DNA of 64,000 nucleotides from Bacteroidia bacterium (GTDB lineage: Bacteria > Bacteroidota > Bacteroidia > UKL13-3), in NCBI GenBank assembly GCA_021740845.1, contig JAIOYZ010000001.1:147246-211245 (forward strand). Reading direction: 5' to 3'. Numbering within the stretch: position 1 is the first letter of the stretch; every line of letters begins with the position of its first letter. A program made the position numbers and the translations under genes. Below, piece after piece: positions 1 through 11,900 of the stretch. A model generated the notes under the pieces. That model saw nothing but the letters and a program-made list of their open reading frames with translations. It ran no database searches and was not told where the DNA came from.

Positions 1-1174
1 TCTTCCTTCCTCTAAAAAAGAGCAAATCACTCCCAAAGGTTATAAAATTATAGATGCAAAAGGGCAATTATTAATGCCTGGTCTTGTAGACATGCGTGCA
101 GATTTTTGCGACCCAGGGAATGAACAAAAAGAAAGTCTTCAAACTGGCGCAAATGCAGCCCTTCATGGTGGTTTTACCAATGTGGTTCTTTTGCCTGCCA
201 CACTTCCTGTTAGAGATTCAAAAATTGGTATAGAATACGTTTTGAACCAATCTCAAAAATTACCAATTCATGTGCATGCATACGGTTGTTTAAGTCATAA
301 CCGCGATGGCAAGGAAATGGCAGAATTATACGATATGAGTTTGGCTGGAGCACTTGGTTTTACTGATGGAAACCGCTCAATTGCAAATTCAGGTTTGCTC
401 ATGCGTTCTTTGTTGTATACCAAAATATTTAATGGACTAAATTTAGTTTTGGCCAACGATGCCTATTTAAGTGAAGGCGGCAGAATGCACGAAGGAAATG
501 TGAGCACGCTTTTAGGCTTAAAAGGAATTCCTTCCTTGGCAGAGAATACCATGGTTCAACGCGATATTGAATTGGTAAAATATTCGGGTGGGAAATTGCA
601 TTTCTCAGCAATCACTACAAAAGAATCTGTGGAGTTAATTCGTAAAGCAAAAAAACAAGGTCTACCAATAACCTGCGATGTAGCTTTTGCCAATCTTTGT
701 TTTACCCACGAAAACCTTGCTGAATACGATTCTAATTTTAAACTTCAACCTCCTTTGCGTTCAAAAAATGATCAAAAGGCTTTATGGGATGGAGTGCAAG
801 ATGGTACCATTGATGCAATTGTTAGTAATCACCATCCACAAAACAAAGAAAGTAAGGAGGTAGAATTTGAATATGCCTTGCCAGGAATGATTACCCTACA
901 AACTTTATTGCCTTATTTACTTTCTAACAAACCAAATACAGTTAGCACCGACAAAGTTATTGAAGCCTTGAGCGCCAACCCTAGAGAAATTTTGGGTTTA
1001 CCTTTACTTTCAATAGAAGAAGCTGCCGATGCAAATTTTATATTGTACCAAGAAGATAAAACTTGGGTTTATTCTAAAAATTATTCCCGTTCAGAAAACT
1101 CTCCGTTATTAGGTAAAACCCTAACTGGAGCTATAACACACGTGGTTTGCAAAGACCAATTACACCAATTCTAA
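1..1174 (+). CDS. Dihydroorotase-like amidohydrolase-fold protein, probably inactive; 5'-truncated by window edge
   Basis: Frame is open from position 2 (LPSSKKEQ...IDAKGQLLMPG). PyrC-like motifs GGFT, AxGFTDG, KLQPPLR and DGTIDAI are present. The metal-binding HxH reads DMRAD and the catalytic DHAPH reads NHHPQ. Confidence 0.85.
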   Translation, partial: LPSSKKEQITPKGYKIIDAKGQLLMPGLVDMRADFCDPGNEQKESLQTGANAALHGGFTNVVLLPATLPVRDSKIGIEYVLNQSQKLPIHVHAYGCLSHNRDGKEMAELYDMSLAGALGFTDGNRSIANSGLLMRSLLYTKIFNGLNLVLANDAYLSEGGRMHEGNVSTLLGLKGIPSLAENTMVQRDIELVKYSGGKLHFSAITTKESVELIRKAKKQGLPITCDVAFANLCFTHENLAEYDSNFKLQPPLRSKNDQKALWDGVQDGTIDAIVSNHHPQNKESKEVEFEYALPGMITLQTLLPYLLSNKPNTVSTDKVIEALSANPREILGLPLLSIEEAADANFILYQEDKTWVYSKNYSRSENSPLLGKTLTGAITHVVCKDQLHQF

Positions 1175-1845
1175 TGTTAACACCCAACCCATCACATATT
1201 GCCGTAGAGGCCAGTTTAGAAGCCATGTTAACGGCTTATTTTCCAAATACAGAGGTTAAATCTGTTGCCACAGAAATGTCTGCTTTTCTCTTTGATGAAG
1301 AAAGCGATTTCTTAACTAGAAGCCAAAAATTAGATTCTTGGTTGAACCTAAATCCAAAAATGGAAGAATTAGGTGATATCCTTTTCGATTTATTAATGGT
1401 GCAGTTTCTATCTGCAGAAGTTCATGAAGAAGATTATTTTGATTCTGATGAATGGAATGAAATAGAAAACAAAACTTTGGATAGAGGTTCAGAAATGTTG
1501 AACCTGTTTTTATATATTAGTGAGGCTAAAGAAGAAGAAGTTGAAATCTCATTAGATGATTTCTTAAATGAATTTTTATTGGTTGGCGAAGATGAGTTTC
1601 AAGATGAATATAGAATCTATGAAAGTCTAATTGTTAATGAAGATATTTTAGATGCCGATATGGATGCACTAAGAGAAATTCAAAAATCTGTAAAAGAAGA
1701 AACGTATTTAAAAGAGTATTTTGTGTCGTTGGTACTTTTCTTCCAACACGTAGAAGAAGGCATACCTGAAACCGATTTAAACAAATCTCTTTCGCCTTTT
1801 GAATTGGCAATTTTTAATACTATGTTAGCTTATTATAACAATTAA
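1174..1845 (+). CDS. Acidic (D/E-rich) hypothetical protein
   Basis: ORF 1147..1845. Likely start is the ATG at 1174, overlapping the upstream stop (TAATG). Very D/E-rich helical sequence. Confidence 0.8.
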   Translation: MLTPNPSHIAVEASLEAMLTAYFPNTEVKSVATEMSAFLFDEESDFLTRSQKLDSWLNLNPKMEELGDILFDLLMVQFLSAEVHEEDYFDSDEWNEIENKTLDRGSEMLNLFLYISEAKEEEVEISLDDFLNEFLLVGEDEFQDEYRIYESLIVNEDILDADMDALREIQKSVKEETYLKEYFVSLVLFFQHVEEGIPETDLNKSLSPFELAIFNTMLAYYNN

Positions 1846-1866
1846 AAATAAATAGAAATTCTACCT

Positions 1867-2415
1867 ATGGAACCACAACTACAAACCAACAAATGGCAAA
1901 TAATAACTAAGTTTAGTCTTATTTATTCTCTATTAGTTATTGCTTTAAATTTAATTTTATACATATTAGGTTTAGCTACCAAAATGAATTGGTTTAGTAC
2001 CATTATCATGCTAATAGCAGTTTTGGGCTCCATTTATTTTGGCATTATATCCAGAAGAAATAATACCCTTGGTGGTTATATTTCCTATGGTCAAGGGGTT
2101 GGCACAGGAATGCTAATTACCATTTTTGCTTCTGTTATTATTACCATTTACTCTTTTATTTTCATGAATTATATTGATCCTGATATGATGGAAAATATTA
2201 TTACCGAAACTAAAAAGAAAATGATTGAGGATGGTACTAGTGAAGAGGCAATCGAAGCATCGGTAGGTATGATGAGAAAAATGCAATCACCAACCACTAT
2301 GGCTATTTTTGGTTTTATTGGGCAAATGTTTTACGGCCTTATAGCTTCATTAATTGTGGCTGCTTTTACTAAAAAAGAAGATCCAGATTCTTCTTATAAA
2401 TCTTTAGATAATTAA
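1867..2415 (+). CDS. DUF4199-family membrane protein
   Basis: Four hydrophobic segments. The GYISYGQG...Y..IDPD pattern is typical of Bacteroidota DUF4199. Confidence 0.8.
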   Translation: MEPQLQTNKWQIITKFSLIYSLLVIALNLILYILGLATKMNWFSTIIMLIAVLGSIYFGIISRRNNTLGGYISYGQGVGTGMLITIFASVIITIYSFIFMNYIDPDMMENIITETKKKMIEDGTSEEAIEASVGMMRKMQSPTTMAIFGFIGQMFYGLIASLIVAAFTKKEDPDSSYKSLDN

Positions 2416-2417
2416 GA

Positions 2418-3398
2418 ATGTTTGAACCTAAATTAGATATTTCTGTACTGATACCTTTCTTTAATGAAGAAGAATCCATTCCCGAATTATTGGCATGGAT
2501 TGAACGCATTATGGAAGAAAATAAATTCTCCTACGAAATTGTTTTAGTAGACGATGGAAGCAAAGACAATTCTTGGAAATTAGTGGAGGAAAATAGAATT
2601 AGGAATGCAAATATTAAGGCAATAAAATTTCGTCGTAACCACGGTAAATCCGCTGCTTTAAATGTTGGCTTTCATGCAGTTTCTGGGGATGTAGTAATTA
2701 CCATGGATGCAGATATGCAAGATAGTCCGGATGAAATTCCTGCACTTTACCAAATGGTAATGAAAGATGGTTATGATCTAGTGAGTGGTTGGAAAAAGAA
2801 ACGGTTTGATCCTATTTCTAAAACAATTCCTACCAAGTTTTTTAATGCTGCTACCCGCCAAATTTCTGGCATTCAATTACACGATTTCAATTGCGGTCTT
2901 AAAGCATATAAATTAGAAGTTGTTAAATCAATTGAGGTGTACAACGAAATGCACCGCTATATTCCAGTTATTGCCAAATGGGCTGGTTTTACCAATATCA
3001 CAGAAAAAGTAGTACAACACAGAGCGCGTAAATATGGTACCACCAAATTTGGTGGAATCTCTAGATTTATCAATGGCTTTTTGGATTTATTAACTATATT
3101 TTTTGTTTCAAAATTTGGCAAAAGACCCATGCACTTTTTTGGCGTTTGGGGAACGGTTATGTTCTTGTTTGGTTTCTTGGGTGCCCTTTACATTGGGCTA
3201 GAAAAAATTTACCTTGTTTATAAAGGCGATCATATAGAAAGAAATATAACAGACCAACCTTTGTTCTTTTTGTGTTTGGTAGCTCTAATTGTAGGTTCAC
3301 AGTTATTCTTGGCAGGCTTTATTGGAGAAATGATTTCAAGAAATGCCACAGAAAGAAATGTGTATGGTATAACCAAACGTTTAGGCTTGGATGAATAA
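2418..3398 (+). CDS. Glycosyltransferase family 2 (ArnC/DPM1-like, polyprenol-phosphate GT)
   Basis: VDDGSKD, RNHGKSAAL and TMDADMQD motifs, plus two C-terminal TM helices. Confidence 0.92.
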   Translation: MFEPKLDISVLIPFFNEEESIPELLAWIERIMEENKFSYEIVLVDDGSKDNSWKLVEENRIRNANIKAIKFRRNHGKSAALNVGFHAVSGDVVITMDADMQDSPDEIPALYQMVMKDGYDLVSGWKKKRFDPISKTIPTKFFNAATRQISGIQLHDFNCGLKAYKLEVVKSIEVYNEMHRYIPVIAKWAGFTNITEKVVQHRARKYGTTKFGGISRFINGFLDLLTIFFVSKFGKRPMHFFGVWGTVMFLFGFLGALYIGLEKIYLVYKGDHIERNITDQPLFFLCLVALIVGSQLFLAGFIGEMISRNATERNVYGITKRLGLDE

Positions 3399-4515
3399 AA
3401 TGAAGGTCCTTATTGTTGGTCCTGCCCACCCTTTGCGCGGTGGTTTAGCAACCTACGATGAACGTTTGTGCAAAGAGTTTATAGACCTCGGCCATTCCTG
3501 CGAGATTTTGAGTTTCTCCCTTCAATATCCTTCCATTCTTTTTCCAGGTAAAACTCAGTTTTCGTCTGATCCAAAACCACAGAATCTAATCATTCATTCT
3601 GATATCAATTCCGTTAACCCAATCAACTGGATTTTGGTTGGAAATAAATTTGCCAAGCAAAAATACGATTTGGTTATCTTCAGATATTGGATGAGTTTTA
3701 TGGCTCCTTCATTTGGTACCATAGCCAGAAAATTAAGGAAATCTGGAGCAAAAGTTATTGCAATAACAGACAATATTGTTCCTCACGAAAAACGTTTTTT
3801 TGATAAGGTATTTACTAACTATTTTCTTAATTCATGCGATGCCTTTTTAAGCATGTCAAAAGAAGTGCAGCAGCAAGCGCAGGCACTTCAACCAGATAAA
3901 AAAGTGGCTTATGTGGCGCATCCCATGTACGATATGTTTGGTTCAGCCCAAATAAAAAGTGAAGCAAAAGAAAAGTTACGGCTTGAACCAAACACAAATT
4001 ACCTTTTGTTTTTTGGCTTTATTAGAAAATATAAAGGACTAAGTTTACTATTAGATAGTTTTGCCTTGGTTGATAGAAAGGCCTTACACCTAAAACTTAT
4101 TATTGCAGGCGAATTTTACGAAGATGCAGCTCCTTATATGGCTCAAATAGAAACTCTCGGGTTGCAAGATGATGTTGTTTTAAGAACAGATTTTATTCCC
4201 AATCCAGAAGTGTCTACCTATTTTTCGGCCTCCGATTTAGTGGTTCAAACCTATTTAAATGCTACTCAAAGTGGCGTTACACAAATAGCTTATTACTACA
4301 ATAAACCTATGCTGGTAACCAATGTGGGTGGCTTGGCAGAATTGGTGCCACATAATAAAGTAGGATATGTTTGCGAATTAAACCCTCAAACCATTGCTGG
4401 GCATATTCAAGATTTTTATGCAAATAAACGCGAGCAAGAATTTTCAAACAATGCTGAGTTAGAGAAACAAAAATTCACCTGGTTGTATTTAGTAGAGCAA
4501 ATTTGTAGCTTATAA
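3391..4515 (+). CDS. Glycosyltransferase family 4 (GT-B)
   Basis: GPAHPLRGG, LFFGFIRKYKG, ATQSGV and NVGGLAE motifs. Confidence 0.9.
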   Translation: MNKMKVLIVGPAHPLRGGLATYDERLCKEFIDLGHSCEILSFSLQYPSILFPGKTQFSSDPKPQNLIIHSDINSVNPINWILVGNKFAKQKYDLVIFRYWMSFMAPSFGTIARKLRKSGAKVIAITDNIVPHEKRFFDKVFTNYFLNSCDAFLSMSKEVQQQAQALQPDKKVAYVAHPMYDMFGSAQIKSEAKEKLRLEPNTNYLLFFGFIRKYKGLSLLLDSFALVDRKALHLKLIIAGEFYEDAAPYMAQIETLGLQDDVVLRTDFIPNPEVSTYFSASDLVVQTYLNATQSGVTQIAYYYNKPMLVTNVGGLAELVPHNKVGYVCELNPQTIAGHIQDFYANKREQEFSNNAELEKQKFTWLYLVEQICSL

Positions 4516-4572
4516 ATCAATTAAAATTCCGACAAGTTTTTAGATTCAACAATTTTAAATATACTTGTCGCT

Positions 4573-5649
4573 ATGGAAAAAATCTACCTCAGCTTTAATC
4601 TTGAGCCAAAAAAGTTAATCAAAGTTTGGTTCTTATTTGTAGGCTTAATAATTGCTCCTTATGTTTTGCAATATGTTGCCTATACTTCAGGAGATGCTGA
4701 AAACTATCCAGTTCAAAGAGAGTTTTATTTAATAAGTTATTTGTATGCAATTCTTGTTGCCTTAGGATATGCCTTATTTTATTTCAAGTTTGCCACCATC
4801 CTTATTAATAGAATTGGTTACAAAGATACTAACCTTGAATTTACTGAAAATTTCTTTAGTTATTTTGTACTTATGATTGGTGGCATTTTATTATGTATTG
4901 TCACTTTGGGTTTTTATGTGCCTTGGTTTATTGCTAGTATAAATAGATTCTTTACAGATTATACCCGATACAAAGAAGATTATTTTGAGTTCAATGGAAA
5001 AGGGTCTTCCCTGTTTAAAATATTTCTACTTTGGATTGTAATTCCATTGGTATTAATAATTACTTTCTTCTCAGTTGTTTTTGCTGCCTCAGGTATGGCT
5101 GGTGGGCCTGCAAAACCCCAGATGCTAGGACAATATGCCTTTATTTTTCAGGTTGTTTTTCAAATTGCTTTTTATTTTATAACCATTCCCTTTTTCTTCC
5201 TTTCCTTTAAATGGAGAGTTAATACCAAGTTCAAAGATTTTCAATTTGAAATGGATCCCCCTTTCTTTAACACAATTGGTTTTATAGCCTTACAATTAAC
5301 TTTAAGTGTTATAACACTTGGTATTTATTTGCCTATTGCTTTTGTTAATTCTTATCATTTTGTTTTGAACCAAATAAAAGGAGTAGGAGAGGAGAGAACT
5401 CTTCACCTTAACTATGAAAAGGAAACAAAAAAAGATTTCCTTTTTATTTGGGGGCAATTTCTTTTGGTGATTCTTACCATCGGATTTTATTATCCTTGGG
5501 CCTTTAAAAAAATGGGGACTTATATCTTGTCTAAAACCTCCTTGCAATTTATTTCCAAACCTTCCCAAACCATTGCCATTGGAGAATTGCCAAATGCTCA
5601 ACTTTTTAGTCAGGCTTTAGCGGATCATTCCAATGAAACCGTAGATTAA
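4573..5649 (+). CDS. DUF898/YjgN-family inner membrane protein
   Basis: Repeated TM motif (LCIVTLGFYVPW, LSVITLGIYLP, LVILTIGFYYPWA) and F.F.G motifs. Confidence 0.75.
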   Translation: MEKIYLSFNLEPKKLIKVWFLFVGLIIAPYVLQYVAYTSGDAENYPVQREFYLISYLYAILVALGYALFYFKFATILINRIGYKDTNLEFTENFFSYFVLMIGGILLCIVTLGFYVPWFIASINRFFTDYTRYKEDYFEFNGKGSSLFKIFLLWIVIPLVLIITFFSVVFAASGMAGGPAKPQMLGQYAFIFQVVFQIAFYFITIPFFFLSFKWRVNTKFKDFQFEMDPPFFNTIGFIALQLTLSVITLGIYLPIAFVNSYHFVLNQIKGVGEERTLHLNYEKETKKDFLFIWGQFLLVILTIGFYYPWAFKKMGTYILSKTSLQFISKPSQTIAIGELPNAQLFSQALADHSNETVD

Positions 5650-5909
5650 TTCAATTTTAGAATTGATTTTTTTTTACTTAATCCTTTTGGTTCAAACCGA
5701 TTTTATGAATTCTTAGATTAAAGTTGGATTAATTAATTTTTTCTTAAAAAAAAACAATTTGCTCTTTAGTTGGATGCATTTTTAGATTTTACTTGGAATG
5801 CGACAATTAATTGCATTACTTTAAATTTACAAAAATATATGAACCCTTTGGAAAAGGTTTAATTTTTAAGAAAACTGTTCTTTTTATTGTTTCAAATTAA
5901 TTATCTATT

Positions 5910-8900
5910 ATGAAAAAAAATGTACTTGTTTCATTTGCAGAGACGGCACCTCCTTCTGCAAGTCCTTCAATGTTCGGTTCCCAAATTTCTCCCCATTCAA
6001 GGCGAAAATCGTCCTTGTTTTTTGGTATTTTCTTTTCTTTGATTTTTCTATTTATTTCTCAGGCAAAATCGCAATGTTATGCCCCTCCCAATTATTGCAC
6101 CGCTATAACTGCAGCCAATAACGCCAATTATGGTATGGGTATACAAAATGTAACCTTGTATACATCTGCAATTCCATCCCAAATCAACAACAATTCTACA
6201 GCAGGAACTGGAACTCAAATTTATTTTGATTATACCTCGCAAATTGTAAGAGCAGGTGCTGGCGATTCTGTTTATTTCTCAGTAAAGGGTGGTAGCAGTA
6301 ACCAAACCATTTTTAGAATTTATATTGATTATAATAACGATGGTACATTTGCAACTACTGCCCCAGAATTGGTATTTACTTCTCCTAATTTAACTGTGGT
6401 AAACACCGTTGTTAACGGTAGTTTTATTTTGCCTACTACATTAACTTCTGGCCCATATAGAGTTCGTGTTGCAAGTGACGGTCAAGGAATTATTCCTCAA
6501 CCATGTGGTCCTATAACTTATTCGGCAGAGTATGAAGATTATACCTTAATGGTACCTTCTTCCAATCCAGATTTGATTTCTGGAGCAATCACCTCGCCAT
6601 CTTCGGCAATTGTTGGTAACAATACAGTGGCCTTTAATTTTACCAATATTTCAACTACTACAATTACCAGTGTAGATGTTTCTTATCAATTGGATAATAA
6701 TACACCAGTTACCCAATCCTTGTCTTCTATTTCTATTTTACCTGGAGCAACTTATACTGCAACTTTTTCTACTCAGGTTGCCCTTCCTTCAACTGGTACA
6801 TTTAATTTAAGAGCATGGACAGACAATCCTAATTATTTAGGAAACAATACTCCCGGTAATGATACAATATGTAAGAACATTGTAACCTATTGTTCGGGTC
6901 CTTTATCTGGTACTTATACTATTAATCCTACTGGAAGTGGAACTACCAATTATAAATCCTTTGGAGGAATAGATTCTGCCATGGCATCTTGTGGTGTTTC
7001 TGGTGCAGTAACCGTTAATGTTACCCCAGGAATTTACAATGAAAACTTGATTTTTACAGCAATTCCTGGAGCTTCGGCTACCAATAATATTACCTTTAAT
7101 GGTAATGGAAGTAGCTTATTGTTTAATTGCTCTGCTTCAGATATTGCATTGGTTCGTTTTCAAGGTGCAAAACACATTACTATTGATAGTTTAACTTTAA
7201 AAACCACTAATGCAACTTATGGTTGGGGTGTGCATTTTTACCAAAACTCAGATTCCAATACTGTTAAAAATTGTATAATTGATATTAGTACAGTTACATC
7301 TTCTACCGCAGCAAATTCTGCAGGGGTGATATTTTCAAATAGTTTAACTAGTCCAACCACAACTGGTAATACTTGTGTAGGCAATACCATTGAAAATAAC
7401 TATATCAAAGGAAATCCAACTTCTTATGGTTTGTATTATGGAATTGTTGGTTGTCCTTCAACTTCATCTACTACTTATACTGGAAATAAATTCTTAAGGA
7501 ATAGAATTGAAAACTTTTATATTTATGGTATTTATTGGTCGTATGGTAACAGAACCGTTTTTAGAGGCAATACCATAACTCGCCCTTCAAAAACTTTGGT
7601 TTCTACAACCTATGCATTTTATTTATCTAGTGCCTCAAGATCAGATACTGTAGATGCCAATATTATTACAAACTTATTCGGTGGTGCCCCAACAAGTACT
7701 GGTACTACCTACTTATTTTATGGAATAAATAGGTCGGGTTCTTCAACTGAACCTAATATTTTTACCAATAATTTGGCCTATAACATGAATGGCGAAGGAG
7801 CTCATTATGGCTTCTATTTCCTTACTAGTTACAATAACCACCTATATAACAATACCTTGTTATTTGACAATGCTTCATCAGCAAGTGCTAATGTAACTTA
7901 TGGTTTATATTTTACAGGTGGCACCTCGGCTTCTAGTACTTTGAATTGTAGAAATAATATTTTTTCTATTACTCGCGGTGGTGCAGGTAGTAAATATGGC
8001 ATTTATACAAATGGCGCTTGGACAACTGGCGCTACAGTTAATAAAAATGCTTATTACGGGATTGGTGCCAATTACAATATGGGATACTATGTTGGAACAA
8101 CCTATTCTACCTTGGCAAATTGGAAAACTAGCCTTACCACATTAGATCAACAAAGTATTGATTATGCTCCAAATTTTGTAAACCCAGCTACTGGGAATTT
8201 CTCTCCAAGAGATGGTGCTTACGATGGTGCAGGAGATAATGTAATTACAATTGTACCAAGAGATATTACTGGTGCTACAAGGTCTTTACCAATGGATATT
8301 GGTGCCTTTGAAGCTAGTCCAATTGGTTTAGATGCTGCTATGAGTGAAGTAACAATGCCTGTCGCTCCCTATATTGCTGGTAGCAAAAGTTTTTCTGCGA
8401 AAATTAGAAATGCAGGTACCACAACAATAACTTCTGCAACTATTAATTGGAGTATCAATGGTGTCACGCAAACTCCTGTTTCCTATACGGGTACTTTAAC
8501 TGGCGGTTCGGTTAGTTCAAGTATTTCATTAGGTACATATACTATTGCAGGTAATACTCTATATGATATTCAAGTTTGGGTGAGCAATCCAAATAGCTCC
8601 ACAGACCCTAATCCAGATAACAACCAAATTGGTGGCTTAACTGCTGCTCAGGTTTCTGGTATCCTTACCATTAATTCTGCAGGTTCTGGAGCTGGTGTAT
8701 TCACTACCTTTAAAGGATTTACAGATTTAATTAGTATTGGTGGTTTAGGAGGTGCTGTAACGGCAAATGTAACAGTTGGTAGCGGACCGTATACAGAGCA
8801 AGTGTTTTTAGGAGTTGTTCCTGGTGCAAGTGCCACCAATACCATTACCATCAATGGAAATGGTGAAACACTTCAATTTAACAATGTAAACTCGGGAAGC

Positions 8901-11900
8901 ATTGGTATCTTTAATTTAATTGGTACCGATTACTGTTCTTTATCAAATTTGTATATTAAGAGTTTAAATACTACTTATGGTATTGGTATTATTTTAAGTG
9001 CAGGTGCTACTTATAATACTATTCAAAATTGTACCATTAATATAAGTTCAATTTCTAGTTCATCCTATTCTGCTGGTATTGCCTTTACAGCATCTCAAAG
9101 TAATGCTACAACTGCTGGCTTAAATGGTACCAACAATTTAATTGAAGGGAATTCAATTATTGGAAATAGTACTGGTGGTCCTTATTATGGAATTTCCTAT
9201 TTGCCTACAAATACTAGTAATGCTGCCAATACTGGAAATATCATAAGAAACAATGAAATTAAGGACTTTTACTATTATGGAATTTACATGAGTTATAGCG
9301 CAGGTACTATTGTTACAGGTAATGTAATTTCCAGGCCAACTAAAGCTTCTCCAACCACTTTTATGGGTATTTATGCTTCCAACGGCTTGGCTCAAGATAC
9401 CTTTGAAAACAATATTATCAAACAACCGTTTGCTGGATTAACTACGACTACAGGAACATTTTATGGAATTTATTTTGCTTCCGGAAATGTACCAGCTGCA
9501 AGGCCTGTAATTGTTCGAAATAATCAGATATATGATATTGTTTCAAATGGTGCAATTTATGGAGTTTATAAATCTACTACTGCCAATATTCGTTTTTATA
9601 ACAATACCATTGTAGTAGACCATCCATCAAGTACTTCAACGGGTCTTACCTATTTATTTTATAGTACAAGTACGTTTTCTACCACCACGGTAAGAAATAA
9701 TATTTTCTATTTGAACCGAGGTGGCTCAGGTGCAAAATACATTTATTATTTAAATACAACTGGAACCGGTTATGTTATTAATAACAATGATGTTAAACTA
9801 TATACTTCAGGAAGTAATAATAATGTCGGTTATTATGGTGGTGCCTTTACTACTTTCGCAAGCTGGCAAACCGCTAATTCAGGTGCATTTGATCAAAATA
9901 GTGTAACTGCAGACCCTTATTTTAGATTGTATGTTGGTTCCGAATTTTACCAACCTGGTTCTGATTCATTAAATAATATTGGATTTTCTACACCAGACGT
10001 CCCACGGGATATTACAGGAGCTTTGAGAAGTTCTACACCCGATCTTGGAGTTTATGAATTTAGTGTACCAGCAGTAGATGCTGGGTTAACTCGCGTGGTT
10101 ACTCCAATTAGCCCATTATCACTTGGTGGTCAAAACATAGATGTAATGGTTAAAAGTTTTGGCCCAACGGCCTTAACTAGCACCAATATAGGTTGGGAAA
10201 TGAATGGTGTTTCTCAAACTCCTGCTACTTGGTACGGATATTTAGGTAATGGAGATAGTTCTTCATTTAATTTGGCTTATTACAGTTTTACCAATCCTGG
10301 TTTTTACAGAATTAAAGCTTGGACCTATGCTCCTAATGGGTTAACAGATAGTTTAAATATGAATGATACTATTAATGTTACCTTATGTACCGCATTAAAT
10401 GGTGATTATACTGTTAATCCTGCTTTGCCTGCTACAGATACCAACTTTGTTAGCTTGAAAACCTTCCTTGAAACAGTGCAACTTTGCGGCGTAGCTGGCC
10501 CAGTAAAAGTAGCAGTTTCTCCTGGTTCATATAATGGTTCAATTGCATTATTTGCCGGTATTTCAGGTATTTCTGCTACTAACAATATCGAAATTATAGG
10601 AGCAGATTCTGCAACAACCAAAATTATACACGATGGTTCTGGTCAACGCGCCACAATTTTAATGAGCGGTGCTAAACATTTTACCTTTAGAAATCTTACT
10701 ATTGAAAATACTGCAATTGTAGGTGGTTCTGGTGGATTTGGTGTATTGTTCACCAATGCAGCGGATAGTAATAGATTAGTTGGTTGTAATATTAAAGTGG
10801 CAACATTAACTGCAGGTTATAGCACTTTTGTACCAGTTCTTTCAACCGCAAACGTATTAAGTGCCAATACTGCAGGTAACAACGCCAACTACCTTACTAT
10901 TGATAGTTGTACCATGATTGGGGGATATTATGGAGTGTCCTTATACAATAACTCAACTGCTAAATCAGAAGGAAATAAAATAAGAGATAGCAGAGTATTG
11001 CAAGCTTATTATGCAGGGATTTATTCTTTCTGGCAAAATAAAATTGTAATCCACCGCAATAAAATTACCAATACAGGTAACAATACCAATACGTCTTCAT
11101 TTGGTATGTACATATACCAATGCGATAATGGAATAAACGTAACCAAAAATGAAGTTACGGGTCAATTAGGTGGTTATGGTACTTATTTGTACCAAAACTT
11201 TGGAACGTCCACCAATAGAAACATTTTTGCTAATAACATGATTCAATTAGGTTCTGCTAGTTACACTTCTTATGGTTTGTACGATGGTGGAAATGTGTAT
11301 TCAGATATTGCGCATAACTCCATTCACAATACCTCTGGAGATGCATCCTATGTTAGTTGTGGTTTGTATTTTAATTACTCCAACCCTTCAACCGGTAGCA
11401 ATGCAAGAATTGTTAACAATGTAATTAGTTCACCTAATGGTGCCATGGTAATTTATTGCCCTAATACAGCTTCATTGTCAACTAGTACCATGTTTATTGA
11501 TAACAATTCCTATTATTCTCCATCAACTTATCCATTCCGAATTGTCAATACCATTTACCAGGCTTTATTTAATTATAGACTAGCAATGGGGGCATTTGTT
11601 CCTGGAATAGATTCCAATAGTATTTGGGTTCAACCTTCGTTTTTCTCAACTACAAACCTACGTTCCATCACTCCTCAATTGGATAGTATGGGTTATGTTT
11701 TACCTACCGTTACAGATGATATCGATGGTAATCCAAGAAGTACAAATGCTCCTGATGCAGGTGTAAATGAGTTCTTCAGACCTGGTGAAGATGCTGGTGT
11801 AATTGCTATCCTTCAACCTACATTGCCAGTGGCAGTTGGTTCTACAGATGTTCAAGTGGTAATCAAGAATTTTGGTTTAAACACCATTACTAGTGTAGAT

